DNA of 64,000 nt from an uncultured Gammaproteobacteria bacterium (GCA_963748045.1 CAVVIC010000009.1:6154-70153); one strand, 5' to 3'. Numbered from the stretch's first letter, positions 21,065 through 33,268 are shown. Translations and numbers: made by a program. The notes: generated by a model from the sequence alone, not told the origin.

Positions 21065-22205
21065 TCAACCAGCATCTTCTTTTGAACGGGCGGCCTTACC
21101 TCTTGGCCGGCCGGCCGTCGCAACCGACGCCTCGGCCGTTCGCTCCGTCGCCGCCACGCACACCTCCTGACGATTGAACGCGAGCTGCCGTGCGCGCACG
21201 TGCTCGTATCCCCAGCCGCGGATGCGCTTGTGAAACGCGGGCAATTGCGCCGTCAAACGCGGATCCGTGAGCTTCAGCGTCAGCACGAGGCCTTCGAGGC
21301 GCACGTCGCGTGAATTCACGATCGCCTCGACCGTGTCGAGCGTGTGCTTCGGGGCGACGTTCGTGTCCGACATGAGCCAGCGAACGTCGCGGAACACTGC
21401 GCGCGGCACGTCCCTCGCGCGGGCGCGCAGATGAGTGAAGCGCGGATTCGCGAGCACGACGGGATCCATCTCCGCGGCGTCGATGCCCGTCACGATGCAG
21501 CCGCGCTCGAGCAGCGCCGCGCACGAACCGCCCGGGGCGCTGCCGATCTCGACGCAGCGGTCGCCGGATCGGATCGGCAGCTCGGACCATCGCAACGCCT
21601 CTTCGATCTTCAAGTACGCGCGCGAGATCATGTTCGGCGGAGCGTTGAGCGGCGGTACGCCGCCGGGCCAGCACGTCTCCGGCGAGTCTGCGCGGTGCCA
21701 GCCGACCCACCACTCATTCGCCTCGACGAGCACGCAGTCGAGCACCGCCTCGCCGGGCGGCACTTCCGCGTTCAAGGACGGGGGCGTCGCCGATTTCGGC
21801 AGGTGCGCGAGAAGCTTCGCGCCGGCTTCGTGCGCGGGTGTTGCGGCTGTGGGATCGAAGCCTTCATCGCCTGGCAACGCGCGCTCGCGTTGCCACACGT
21901 GCAGGTGTTTGAACTGTCCGATGCCGTGGCTCGCGCGTTCCGCTGCGACCAACGTCCAAACGCTGCGAGCGAGCTGGTTCGGATCCGCACCCACGACTTT
22001 GCCGAGCGAGTAGCCCCAGGTGCGCGCGAACGGGCTGCGCAGCACCGGCGGCGAATCGTCCGCCCCGTCATCGTCGGCGATCCGAAAGGTCACGAAGCCG
22101 GGTCGCGAGAACGCGAACCGCAAGCTTGGATGCCGGCGCGCTACGTCGCCCTTGAGTGCTGCCTCGGACCCGGGTTGGCACGCGGCGAATAGAAAACGAT
22201 GTCAC
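21065..22205 (-). CDS. RlmM/FtsJ-like SAM-dependent RNA methyltransferase
   Basis: ISRAYLKIEEAL, VEIGSAPGG, GIDAAEMDP, WLMSD, VLTLKL, QLAFNRQE. The GTG start near 22205 lies behind a frameshift. Confidence 0.8.
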
Positions 22206-22283
22206 GGGCGCATCCTACCGGAGTGGTGGGATGCGTGCGCCGGCCGCGGTGCTATGCTCGGCGCGTTCTGGGGAGGGGGCGTC

Positions 22284-23460
22284 ATGAAAGAACAGAGAAT
22301 CACCCGAGAGTCGAGCTTCGGTCGGATCGCGCTGGTCGTTCTGATCGGCGTCGCGGCGGTCGTAGGGCCTGCAGAGCAGTGGCGCGCAAACGAAGCGCGC
22401 GCAGGTGCCGCGGTTCGAGCCCGACCCGCTCTGGTCGCAACTGCTGCCGAACGACTGGGTCACCGGCGCCGTCGGCGGCATCGCAGTCGACTCCCACGAC
22501 AACGTCTGGGTGTTTCAACGCCCGGGCAGCATCCCGGAAGCCGAGAGGGCCGCGTCACTCACGCCGCCGCAAGCGGAGTGCTGCATTCCCGCGCCGTCGG
22601 TGCTCGAGTTCGCCTCGAACGGCAAATTCCTGCAAGCCTGGGGCGGCCCGGGCGCGGGCTACGAGTGGTTCAGGACCGAGCACGGCATCTTCGTCGACGC
22701 CGACGACAACGTGTGGCTCTCCGGTAGCGCAAAGGAAGACAACCAGATCCTGAAGTTCACGAGCGCGGGCGCGTTCCTCCTACAGATCGGGCACGCCGGC
22801 AAGAACTTGGGAAGCAACGATCGCGAGAATCTCGGTGGGCCCGCGGGTTTGTTCGTGTACCGCAAGACGAACGAACTGTTCGTCGCGGACGGCTACTTCA
22901 ACCATCGCGTCATCGTGTTCGACGCGAAGACGGGGGCGTACAAGCGGCACTGGGGCGCGTACGGCAACAAGCCGGACGACGACTACAAGTTCCCCGCGCG
23001 CGCGCAGCTAGTGACAGGACCAGCGCCGCAGCAGTTCAACAATCCCGTGCACTCGGTCGTCGTATCGAACGACGATCTCGTCTACGTCGCGGACCGAACC
23101 AACAATCGCCTCCAGGTGTTCAAGCTCGACGGCACGTTCGTCAAAGAACAGTTCATCGCGCGCGGCACGTTGCAGGCGGAGGGCACCGTGCACCACTTCG
23201 CGTTGTCGCCGGACGCGGCGCAGCGGTTGCTCTACGTCGTCGACGGATCGAACAAAACGGTTCGCGTGCTGGACCGCCAGACGCTCGAGGTGCTCGAAAG
23301 CGTCGGCGGGCGCGCGGGACACAACGCGCGCGAGTTCTTTCACATCCACAGCGTGGCGATCGACTCGAAAGGAAACCTGTTCCTCGGCGAGGTCAACAAC
23401 GGCCAGCGGTACTACCGCTGGGCGTTCAAGGGAATGGGCGCGGCGGCCGCGAAGCCGTAG
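22284..23460 (+). CDS. Secreted NHL-repeat beta-propeller (second copy in the window)
   Basis: PRFEPDPLW, GIAVDSHDNVWV, ECCIPAPSVLEF, EHGIFVD, FVADGYFNHRV, PVH, YVADRTNNRLQVF. Confidence 0.87.
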
Positions 23461-23463
23461 GCG

Positions 23464-23964
23464 CTATGCCGCCGCGTTCTTTTTCGTGAGCGCGCCCGCG
23501 ATCGCCTCCGACACGTAGCCGAAGACGGCGCCGATAATGATCGACAGGATCGTCGGCAGCAGTGCCTTCGTCGCGCTCATACCGGATCCGCCGAGCAGAA
23601 TGAGGCCCGCGATGCTCGCGAAGCCGTAGACGCTGGCCGGGATCGTCGCGAGCAACGGCACCTTCGACGAGAGCACGATGACCGTCGCCCCGATGCCGAC
23701 GGCTACGGGCGCCGCCAGGGCGCCGAACGGTAGTTGCGCGGCCAGCAACACGGCGGCCATGCCGACGACCGCGCCGAAGCTCATGCAAATAATCGTGTTA
23801 CGCGTGCCGGTGATTTTGCCGCCGCAGTGATAGTGACAACCCCACGCGATGAATCCCTGCCAGACCTGCAGGTTGGCCATGGCCAGCGCAGGTAGGAAAA
23901 ACAGCCAGGTTGCGCCGACGGCCAGAACGCCGACCGAGACAGCGAGCGCGATGAGCACGGGCAT
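23464..23964 (-). CDS. DUF1097 family membrane protein
   Basis: Hydrophobic; VWQGFIAWGCHYHCGG, LLATIPASVYGFAS, GAVFGYVSE. Confidence 0.8.
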   Translation of the reverse strand: MPVLIALAVSVGVLAVGATWLFFLPALAMANLQVWQGFIAWGCHYHCGGKITGTRNTIICMSFGAVVGMAAVLLAAQLPFGALAAPVAVGIGATVIVLSSKVPLLATIPASVYGFASIAGLILLGGSGMSATKALLPTILSIIIGAVFGYVSEAIAGALTKKNAAA

Positions 23965-24099
23965 GACAGTCCCCTTTGTTGTTTTGATTGTAGACGTCGA
24001 GTGCGGCCAGCCGGCCGGCACGATCCTCCCCAAGGACGCCGGTAGTCTCGGTCAAAGGACCGTCTCGCGCAAGCGCGCGCGGAGCGCGCGACGCTGGGC

Positions 24100-25143
24100 T
24101 CAGCGTTTCTTCGCTTCGACGTGCCGATCGATCCAGGCGATCACGAGGTCTGCGAGCTGATCGCTGTTCTTGTCCTGCATCAGCATGTGGCTGTTGCCTT
24201 TGATGCCTAGTGCTGGCAAATGCATCATCTCCGCGTCGCCGCCGGCCTTCTTCAGCTGATCGACGAATGTTTTGCACGTCTCGAACGACTGCGCCCAGCT
24301 CACGGGTCCGCCGGTCACGTCGCCGAGATGATCGCCGAATATCACGAGCGTCGGGATCCCAGCCAACGTTGCGATTTTCGGCGCGCTTAAGTCCGTGACG
24401 CATGGCATCTCGATCGACACGATGCCCCTGATGCCTTTCGCATCGATCAGTGCCGCCTGCTCCGGGAAGAAACCGGATTCCGAGTGGCCCATGAGCACAG
24501 CTCCGCGGAGTTTTACGCCGAGAGCGGCCATCTGCGTCCACGTGGGGTTCGAAGCTTGCGACAGCGTGGAGTTCAAGTCCGGGATCATCTGCTTGTAGAG
24601 CTCGTCCATCGCCGCGATCGGGAACTGCTCGTCTAAGAACGCCTCTCCGAACTTCGGCCCGAAACGAAACACGGTCCACGCGATCTGGTGGGTCGCGGCG
24701 AGGATCGTCGGGAGCTGTGCAGGCGGCGTCTTGCCGGAGCGCACGTCACTGAACGCCGTCGGATCGAAGCCCGAGCGTGCGCGTGACACTTGGTCCGCGA
24801 GGTACACGGAACGATCCTTGCGAACGAAGTACTCGCTCCAGCCCATGCGGCCGTCCGGCGTCGTCTCCCAAGTCTTGCTGCTTAAACAGCAGCCATGAAC
24901 CATGACGACTGGTACGTGCCGATCTCCCTTCATTGGAATCTGGTACTGCACGTACATCTGGTTCACGGTGATCTCGCCGGTCTGCGCCGGAATCGGGCCG
25001 ACGCCGGGTTGCGCGACCGTCTTCGTCTCGCCGCCGACGAAGAAGCTGCCTTGCTCCTTGATCGTGAGTGGAGCCGCGTGCGCTGCGAGCGACAGCATGG
25101 CCACGACTGCGACCAAAGCGATCTCGATACGACGCATAGCCAT
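24100..25143 (-). CDS. Secreted alpha/beta hydrolase (esterase-like)
   Basis: Signal peptide; EQGSFFVGG, QMYVQY, VHG, WETTPDGRMGW, GHSESG nucleophile, GIKGNSHMLMQD. Confidence 0.88.
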   Translation of the reverse strand: MAMRRIEIALVAVVAMLSLAAHAAPLTIKEQGSFFVGGETKTVAQPGVGPIPAQTGEITVNQMYVQYQIPMKGDRHVPVVMVHGCCLSSKTWETTPDGRMGWSEYFVRKDRSVYLADQVSRARSGFDPTAFSDVRSGKTPPAQLPTILAATHQIAWTVFRFGPKFGEAFLDEQFPIAAMDELYKQMIPDLNSTLSQASNPTWTQMAALGVKLRGAVLMGHSESGFFPEQAALIDAKGIRGIVSIEMPCVTDLSAPKIATLAGIPTLVIFGDHLGDVTGGPVSWAQSFETCKTFVDQLKKAGGDAEMMHLPALGIKGNSHMLMQDKNSDQLADLVIAWIDRHVEAKKR

Positions 25144-25232
25144 CGAAGCACTCCCCCAGTTTTCTGAAGTGCCGACGATAGCACGCGGCCCGTGTTACAT
25201 TTTTTCAACGATTCTAATGAGGGGCGATCGGC

Positions 25233-26973
25233 ATGAACATTCGACAACGAGTGACGTGGACCAAGAGCACGCTGCTGGTCGTGCTCGCGCTCGGCGCGCC
25301 ATTGACCGCCGGTGCGCAGGGTCCGCCGCGCGAGGTCCCCGAGCCGTACACGCCCGCGGCGGACGCCAAGGATCTGAAGTCCGTGCTGTTCAACTGGACA
25401 CGCAACATGGGCATGTTGAAGGGCCATGACGAGCGCGACATGGTGGCGTCGCTCGAGTATCAGGGCACCGGCACGATCCAGGTCGACGGCCAACCGTGCA
25501 AGCTCACGAAATATCGCGCGAGCACGAATTACCAGTCGTTCAGCCAGCGGATTCAGTACTCGTGCACGCGACCGAACGGGCAGGCGTACTCGAACATCGA
25601 GGTCGTCAGCGGCTTCTACGCGTGGGACGAAGATGTGCCCGGCGCGCAGATCGGCCCGACGAAGGGCAAGGTCACCCCGAAGGCCTCGGCCGTGCAGGAG
25701 CGTCTTGTTCGGATCTGGGCCGAGTCCGCAGGGCGCGGCCAAGGCCGCGATCGCCGGGACGACCAACAAGTTCTGGCTCGGGGCCAACCCGGGCACGCTG
25801 TTCGACGATGGCACTGTGAAGGCGGGCCAGACGTCCCTGTCGTGGGAGGGCAGCAAACCGGTGCTGACGTTCCCGCTACCCGCCGTCCCGGGCGCGACGG
25901 CGACGGCCACGCTCGATGCGAAGTACATGACAGAACGCGTGGTCGTCACTCAGGGAAGGGCCACCACCGAGTTCACGTACGGCGACTACAAGGACTGGAA
26001 CAACGAGCTGAACCTGATCGACGTGTTTTACGCCGGCAAGCTGGTCGAGCGGCGCAACGGCAGCGGTCGTGCGCGACCTGACGACGAAGGAGACCGAGAC
26101 GGGCAACGTGTATGTCGTGGCGCCCGTGCCGGCGAGCGTGAAGGCGGCCATCAAGGTCAGCGCGCAGCTGCCGCGCGGTGTGATGGCGAAGACGGAGCCT
26201 TCCGTCGGACAAGGGGGTGTCCACGCCGCGCGTGGGCGGCCATCCGGATCTCAACGGCAACTGGGTCTATACCGACTGGATCGGCAACTACATGACGGGC
26301 GGCGGGCGCCGCTGCGCTCCGACGCAGCCCTCGGACTGTAACCGGCAGGTCAACCAGACGTACGACTTCGAGCTCTACTCACCCTCACGGTTCGGCAACA
26401 TGGGTCGCCCCGTGTACAAGCCCGCGGTCTGGGACAAGGTCCAGCAGCTCGACATGTGGACGAACAAGTACGATCCCGTCATGACGTGTCAGCCGCTCGG
26501 CGTCCCGCGAGAAGGGCCGCCGCGCCGCATCTACCAGTCGGACAAGGACGTCACGTTCATCTACCTCGGCGGCGACGCCGGCGGCGGATACGGCGAGTAT
26601 CGCGTGATCCCGACCGATGGCCGCAAGCACGATCCGAACAAGCGCGAGACGACGTACCTCGGCTACACCGTGGGCCGGTGGGAGGGCGACACACTCGTGC
26701 TCGACTCCATCAAGTTCAACGATGCGACGTGGCTTCGGGCGCGGCGGGTTCTTCCACTCCGAAGACATGCACGTCATCGAGCGGTTCACACGTCAAGGCG
26801 ACGTGCTTCTGTACGACGTCACGGTCGAGGACCCCGAAGTGCTCGTGGAGCCGTGGGTGCTCCCGACGCGCACGGTCCGGCGCAACTCTAATCCCGATGC
26901 AGGCCTTCTGCCGGAGCGGGGCGATTGCGCGGTTTACGAGAACGACGCGATCTCGTCACAGATTCGCCACTGA
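25233..26973 (+). CDS. Secreted two-domain 'WxGDTLV' protein (copy 5), paralog of 1613..3412; multiple frameshifts
   Basis: Shares YTPA.DA.DLKSVL.NW, YSNIEVVSG.YAWDED.PGA, RRCAPTQ, MTC.P.G.PR, G.W.GDTLV and the terminal QIRH* with copy 1. Confidence 0.87.
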
Positions 26974-27040
26974 CGACCGCCATGGATGGCGGGAGTGCAG
27001 CAATTGCAGGAGCAAATTGCTGCCGACCGCCATGGATGGC
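26974..27040. repeat. Intergenic 17-bp direct repeat with nested GGA-loop hairpins (REP-like)
   Basis: CGACCGCCATGGATGGC at 26974-26990 and 27024-27040; inverted repeat GCAGCAATT/AATTGCTGC between the two copies. Confidence 0.8.
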
Positions 27041-29162
27041 TCAGCGCGACGTGTCTCGCCCCCAGTCTTCGTTGGCGCGGGCGATCACGTACGCGTGGAT
27101 GGCGTCTGCCTCTTCGGAACGGAGCACGTCGGCGAAGCTCGCCATGCCGAGACGCTCGCGCACGCCGCGGAGCACGATGTCGTCGAAGGTTGCGTGCGTC
27201 TCGGCGGTCATGTGGCGTAGATCTTTGATGACGCCGTTGCTCACCGCGCGGATGCCGTGACAGCCGGCGCAGATCCGGTGATAGAGCGCGTCGCCGTGCT
27301 CGATCACGTCCTCGCTCACGCGCGGCACCGCCGGCGGGCCCGGCGGCAGCGGCACGGCTTCGTCTAACGGCGGCAGCTCTGCCTTGCCGCCGAGCTTGAA
27401 CACGAGCAGACGCCCGTCGGCGCGTTTGCGGCTCGTGGTGGTGCGGATCTCCTGCAGCATCGCGTTGCCGCCGCCGAAGCCGGCACTGAGCGCGATGTAC
27501 TGCTCGCCGTCGACTGAGTAGCTGATCGGCCCCGCGACGGGGATCGTCTGCACCGGCATCTCCCAGAGCTTCGTGCCCGTGTCGGCGCGGTACGCCGCGA
27601 CGGTTTGATCGACCGTGCCCTGGATGACGAGATTGCCCGCGGTCGCGAGCGTGCCGCCGCTGCCGCGCGACGGATAGTCCACGCGCCACGCCTCGCGCTG
27701 CCTGCACCGGATCCCATGCCGTGAGCCACGCGTGGCCGCGCGAGTTAGCCCAAGCTCCGTCGCAATGCGCCCGGCCTCGCCGAGCGTGCCGCCCCAGCCC
27801 GTGTTCGAGCGGAACTGACGCCCTTCGGTGGGCGTGAATCCGGGGTCGCGCGAGTACGGCAGCCACACCTCTTGCACGGGGAAATAGACGAGCCCCGTGA
27901 TCGGGCTGTACGACATCGGGTTCCAGTTGTGCGCGCCGGGAGGGGCCGGCGTCATCAATATAGGTTCGAGGTCGTAGCGTGCGGCGGGGTTGATCACGGG
28001 CCGGCCGGTTCGCAGGTCGACGTGGCTCGCCCAGTAGTTCGGCGCGAACTTCGTGGCCGACAGCAGCTCGCCGGTCGCGCGGTCGAGCACGTAGAAGAAG
28101 CCGTTCTTCGGCGCCTGCATGATGACCTTGCGCGCGCGGCCGTCGATCTTCAGGTCCGCGAGAATCATCGGCTGCGTCGCGGTGTAGTCCCACTCGTCGC
28201 CGGGCGCTTCCTGGTAGTGCCACACGTATTCGCCGGTGTTGGCCTTCACCGCGACGATCGAGGCGAGGAACAAATTGTCGCCGCCGCCGGGGCTGCGATA
28301 TTCCTGCACCCACGGGCCGCCGTTGCCGACGCCAAGATAGATGAGACTTAAGCTCGGGTCGTAGACGATCGAGTCCCACACCGTGCCGCCGCCGCCTTGC
28401 TTCCACCACTCGCCGTGCCAGGTCTTCGCGGCCATCGCCATCGCGGCGTTCTCGAAGCCCTTCGCGGGATCGCCGGGCACCGTGTAGAACCGCCAGAGCT
28501 GCTTGCCCGTCTTCGCGTCGTAGGCGGTGACGAAGCCGCGCACGCCGAGCTCGGCGCCGGAATTGCCGATCAGCACTTTGCCGTCGAACACGCGCGGCGC
28601 GCCGGTGATGGTGTAGGGCGCGGACTGGTCGAACGTCGCGACGCTCCAGACCGGCTTGCCGGTCGCGGCATCGAGCGCGATCAGGCGGCCGTCGAGCGTC
28701 GCGATGATGACCTTGCCCTGCCAGACCGCGAGGCCGCGGCTCACGATGTCGCAGCACGCGAGGCGGCCCCACACGGCCGGCACCTCGGGGTCGAACTTCC
28801 AGAGCTGCTTGCCGGTCTTCGCGTCGAGCGCGTAGGTGACGTTCCACGCGCTCGTCGTGTACAGCACACCGTCGACGACGATCGGCGTCCCTTCGACTCC
28901 GCGATACGTGTTGAGGTCGAGATACCACGCGAGACCTAAGCGCGACACGTTCTTGTCGTTGATCTGCTTTCAGCGGGCTGAAGCGCTGCTCGTCGTACGT
29001 CCGGCCCCAGGTCATCCAGTTGCCGGGCTCGCGATTCGCGCGCAGGAGTCGCGCCTGATCGACATCCGCCGGATGTTCCGCAGCAAGCGCGGCCGGAATG
29101 CAACACGCGACGGCGAACGCGGCGAGACCACTCGACCTTGCCGCGGCCCACATTCGCTTCAT
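27041..29162 (-). CDS. Type II quinohemoprotein (PQQ plus heme c) alcohol dehydrogenase
   Basis: Signal peptide; WMTWGRTYDEQRFSPL, vicinal ACCD, ITGAPR, GGGTVWD, WDYTATQP, QAPKNGFFYVLDR, GAHNW, C-terminal CAGCH. Confidence 0.93.
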
Positions 29163-29196
29163 GGATATCCCCCTCCGGCGTTTCGACGCAGCGGGT

Positions 29197-30858
29197 CTAT
29201 GCCGCCGCGCCCTTCATGCCGCCCTCGACCGCTCGCTCGTACGGCGCCGAGCTCGGCGCCACTTGCGGCAGATTGATGAAGCGCTTGTTCGCTTCGACGT
29301 CGATGCCCTCGACGTACAGGTCGCGAGCGACCGCCGACACCAGCCGCGGCTGATCGACGGTGCTCGGCACGTCGCCGACGGGAATGCCGAAGCTCAGCTG
29401 CGCCGCGAGGTTGAAGCAATGGATGTTGCGCAGGTATTCGGTGCCCGTTGCTGCGCGCGGCAGGAACTCGAAGCCGGCGCCAAGATACGGCCGCGAGGCG
29501 GCCGCCTCACTTTCCTCACCGGCTGCCGGCTTGAAGCGGTCGCGCCACAGCGCGATGTGCTCGTGGATGCGCTTCAACTCTGGCTGGAGCGGGAGATCGA
29601 TCCGATACCCGGTGCCGGCGATCAGGTGATCGAAGCGCATGGTCTTTTCGGCCGGCCTTCGCCGTGATCTTGCCGTTGCTCGCCATCGCGACATCGGCGA
29701 GCGAGGTGTTCAGATGGATGTGAAATCCTTTGAACGCCACCGCGCGTTGCAGCGAATCGAGCGGCACCGACGCGACGCGTCGTTCGCCGACGATGTAGTT
29801 GCGCCAGCGCACGACGTCGGGCAGCTCGTACGTGAGCTCGAGCATGTTCGCGTGGCCACGGTCGGGCGGTGGCGCAGCAGGTTGAGGGGGCGGTGTCGTC
29901 GGGGCAGGCGCCTGGTAGTCGATGTAGGCGCGCCGGCTGAAGAGATGCACTTCCGCCGCGCCGGCTTCGAGCGCCACTCGCCGCCGCGTCGAACGCCGAT
30001 GAGCCGGCGCCGACCACGGCGATGACCTTGCCCTTGAACGTTTCGACCGGCAGTCGGCCGGTCGTGTGCGTCCAGACCTTGGCCGGCAGCGCGCGGATGA
30101 AAGCGGGCACGTTGGGTCCGCCGGCGCCTGCATAGCCGTTCGCGAGCACGAGCTTGCGCGTCGTCTCGACGCGCTGCGCGCCGTCGGTCTCGAGGTGCAA
30201 GCGCAGCACGTCGCCCTGCGGCTCGATCTCGAGCAGTCGCGTGCGGTAGCGGACCTTCGTCTCCGTGGTTTGCTGGAACCAGGCCAGGTAGTCGGCCCAC
30301 GCGAGCCGCGGAATCCGGTCCAGCGCATCGAACGCCTCCGGGCCGTTCAGGGTTTCGAACCACGCGCGAAAACCCAGCGCGACGTTGCCTTGCTCCGGGC
30401 CCGGTCATCGTCTTCGGCGTGCGCAGCTGGTGCATGCGCGCGATCGTCCGCCAGATGCCGGCCTGGCCGGGCTCGGCCTGATCGATCACGTCGACGCGGC
30501 CGACGCCTTTGCGGCGCAGACCGTAGGCGATGGCGACGCCGCTCTGACCGCCGCCGACGATTACGACGTTGTGGTCGACGCCCGCACGCGCGCGAACCCA
30601 GTCGGCCGGGTCGCGGCCCGCCCAGCGCAGAACTCGGCGCGTTTGCGCTTCGAGTTGTTCGTTCGCGCTGCCGGTTCTCGCGTTCGAATCGGCTTGCGGC
30701 GCCGCGACCTGCGCGAGCGCGGCGGGCGCGCCCAGGCTGCCGACGGTCAGTGCTGCCGCGCCGCGAAAGAAGCGGCGCCGATCGATGCGGCTCGGCGCTT
30801 CATGCTCTCGCGGCGCGAGCGTCGCACGATCGGACCCGGGTTTTTGCTCGTCGGACAT
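29197..30858 (-). CDS. HpyO-like FAD/NAD(P)-dependent oxidoreductase with Tat signal; frameshifted
   Basis: DRRRFFRG Tat motif; IVGGGQSG, ARMHQLRTPK..TGP, VLANG, VVGAGSSAFD, IAGTGY, PYLGAGFEF. Confidence 0.82.
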
Positions 30859-30862
30859 GTAG

Positions 30863-31426
<564 letters not shown>

Positions 31427-31488
31427 CGCCGGTTGAGCGACTCGCCACGGGAATCTGTGCAACTGTGCAAGGCCTGGCACCGTCTTCG

Positions 31489-32865
31489 TCAGCCGATCGG
31501 GGTCGGCAGGGGCGGCACGGATTCTTGCGACGTCAGCGTCTCGCGGCTGTCGAGCCACATCAGGATCTCGTAGTACCGGCGCACGTTGTCGACGTAGGCG
31601 ACCGCGGTTTGCCCTGGCGCGAAACCGCGCTGCACGCTCTCGTACCAGTCCTTCTCGCTCAGCAGCGGCAGACGCTGCCGCACGTACTCCCAGTGATCGG
31701 GGTCGGCACCTTGTCGTTGCGTCAATATGCGGGCGTCTTCGACGTGGCCGTAGCCTACGTTATACGCGGCAACGGTGAGCCAGGAGCGGTCGGGCTCCTG
31801 AATACGGTCTGGCACTTTGCCGCGCGTGCGCAGGAAGTAGCGTGCGCCGCCCAAGATGCTGGAGCGCGCGTCGTGGCGATCACCGATGTCCATCGTGTCG
31901 GCGGCGAGCTCGGTCAGCATCATCATGCCGCGGACGCCGGTCGGCGATACCGCGCTCGGGTCCCAGTGCGATTCCTGATACGCGATTGCGGCCAGCAGTC
32001 GCCAGTCGATCCCCGTCGAGCGCTCGGCTTCGAGGAAGAAGTCGCGGTAGCGTGGCAGGCGCACGTTCACGTGACGCACGAACGCGCGCGAGCTCACGTA
32101 GTCGAACTCGCTCGACGCGAAATAGTAGCGATCGAGGATCTGCTGGAGCTTGCCCGTCGCCTGGATCTCGGCGAAGTATGCGGCCACGCTCTCGCGCAGC
32201 GAGTCGTCGCCCTTGGGTAAGGCCCAGGCGATGTGGTCGTCCGGACCGAGCGCAAAGGCCACGCGCAGATCGGGATAGAAGTGGCGCAGCAGATCGAACA
32301 AGTGGGAGTCGGCGATCGTGTAGTCGATGCCGCCTTCGGCGACACGGCGGATCAGCTCCTCGCTCGAGCTTTGCGGTTGCTCGATCCAGGTCAGCAACGG
32401 CACTTGGGCGCGTAGCTTTTCGAGCAGCGCCGCGTGCGACGAGTTGGCCACGACTTCGAGCCGCCCACCCGCCAAGTCCTCGATCCCGTGCGGTCGCTTC
32501 GTGCCGCGGCGGTAGATGATCTGCGGCTGAATGTTCAGGTAGGCGGGGCCGAAATTCACGGTCTCGCGCCGCGAGTCGGCGATAGTCAGGCTGGCGGCGC
32601 CGACGTGGGCTTTGCCGGAGACGACATCCGGAAACACCTGGTCGTTGACGTAGATCCGTAGGCCCACGCCGAGACGCTCCGCATAGCCGCGGGCGAGCTC
32701 GTACTCGATGCCTCGGGGCTCTTCAGCGCCGTAGTAGAAGGCAGCCGGCGTGTTGCGCGTGACGACCCGTAGCTCCCCGGAGCGGACGATGCGCTCGAGC
32801 AGGGAGGGCGGCGACGAGCAGGTGCTGAGGAGGGCGCCCAGTATGACTGCGAGCAGGATTCGCAA
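31489..32865 (-). CDS. mltF: Membrane-bound lytic murein transglycosylase F
   Basis: Periplasmic-binding domain plus SLT domain (DWRLLAAIAYQESHW...SPTGVRGMMMLT...AAYNVG.GH). Convergent with tadA, as in other Gammaproteobacteria. Confidence 0.95.
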   Translation of the reverse strand: MRILLAVILGALLSTCSSPPSLLERIVRSGELRVVTRNTPAAFYYGAEEPRGIEYELARGYAERLGVGLRIYVNDQVFPDVVSGKAHVGAASLTIADSRRETVNFGPAYLNIQPQIIYRRGTKRPHGIEDLAGGRLEVVANSSHAALLEKLRAQVPLLTWIEQPQSSSEELIRRVAEGGIDYTIADSHLFDLLRHFYPDLRVAFALGPDDHIAWALPKGDDSLRESVAAYFAEIQATGKLQQILDRYYFASSEFDYVSSRAFVRHVNVRLPRYRDFFLEAERSTGIDWRLLAAIAYQESHWDPSAVSPTGVRGMMMLTELAADTMDIGDRHDARSSILGGARYFLRTRGKVPDRIQEPDRSWLTVAAYNVGYGHVEDARILTQRQGADPDHWEYVRQRLPLLSEKDWYESVQRGFAPGQTAVAYVDNVRRYYEILMWLDSRETLTSQESVPPLPTPIG

Positions 32866-33158
32866 TGGTCCGGCTCCTTCCGGCGGGGACTGCCGGAATT
32901 ATACGGGGATCGTCGTCCTGGCGCTGGTCTTCCCTCTCCCGTGTTCTGTAACACCGCGAGGATCTTCGCCAAGATTTTGTGCTGGCCGCGGCCCGCGGCG
33001 GATTTTCCACGCCGCCGCGCGTCGCCACGGGCTGCTAGTCGCCATGATGGTAGTGTCAGTGCCTCTATCGGATCCGCGCGAAAGCCGCACGTTCGGGATC
33101 GTCCGGTTCGCGCACCGATCCCCGCTCCGGTCCGACCGATTCGTCATGGCGTTGCGTG

Positions 33159-33174
33159 TGGCACATGTTCTGCA
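33159..33174 (+). promoter_or_regulatory. Candidate sigma-54 (-24/-12) promoter
   Basis: TGGCACATGTTCTGCA has GG-N10-GC spacing and lies about 95 bp upstream of the 33269 start. Confidence 0.55.
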
Positions 33175-33268
33175 CGTACCGAACGGTGCGGTGTTGAGGC
33201 GCTGAGGAGGCGCCTGCGAACATCCGCGCGCATTCGTCGTCACATGAGTTTCCTTTTTTGGAGTTGCT

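Noticed and set aside
26974-27040. Possible mini CRISPR array (17-bp repeat with a 33-bp spacer)
   Set aside because: There are only two short repeats, the spacer is itself palindromic, and no cas genes or leader are present in the window.
28170-28200. Lanthanide dependence of the PQQ alcohol dehydrogenase
   Set aside because: The motif reads WDYT and lacks the extra Asp (D-x-D) of XoxF/ExaF/PedH enzymes, which fits a Ca2+-type enzyme.
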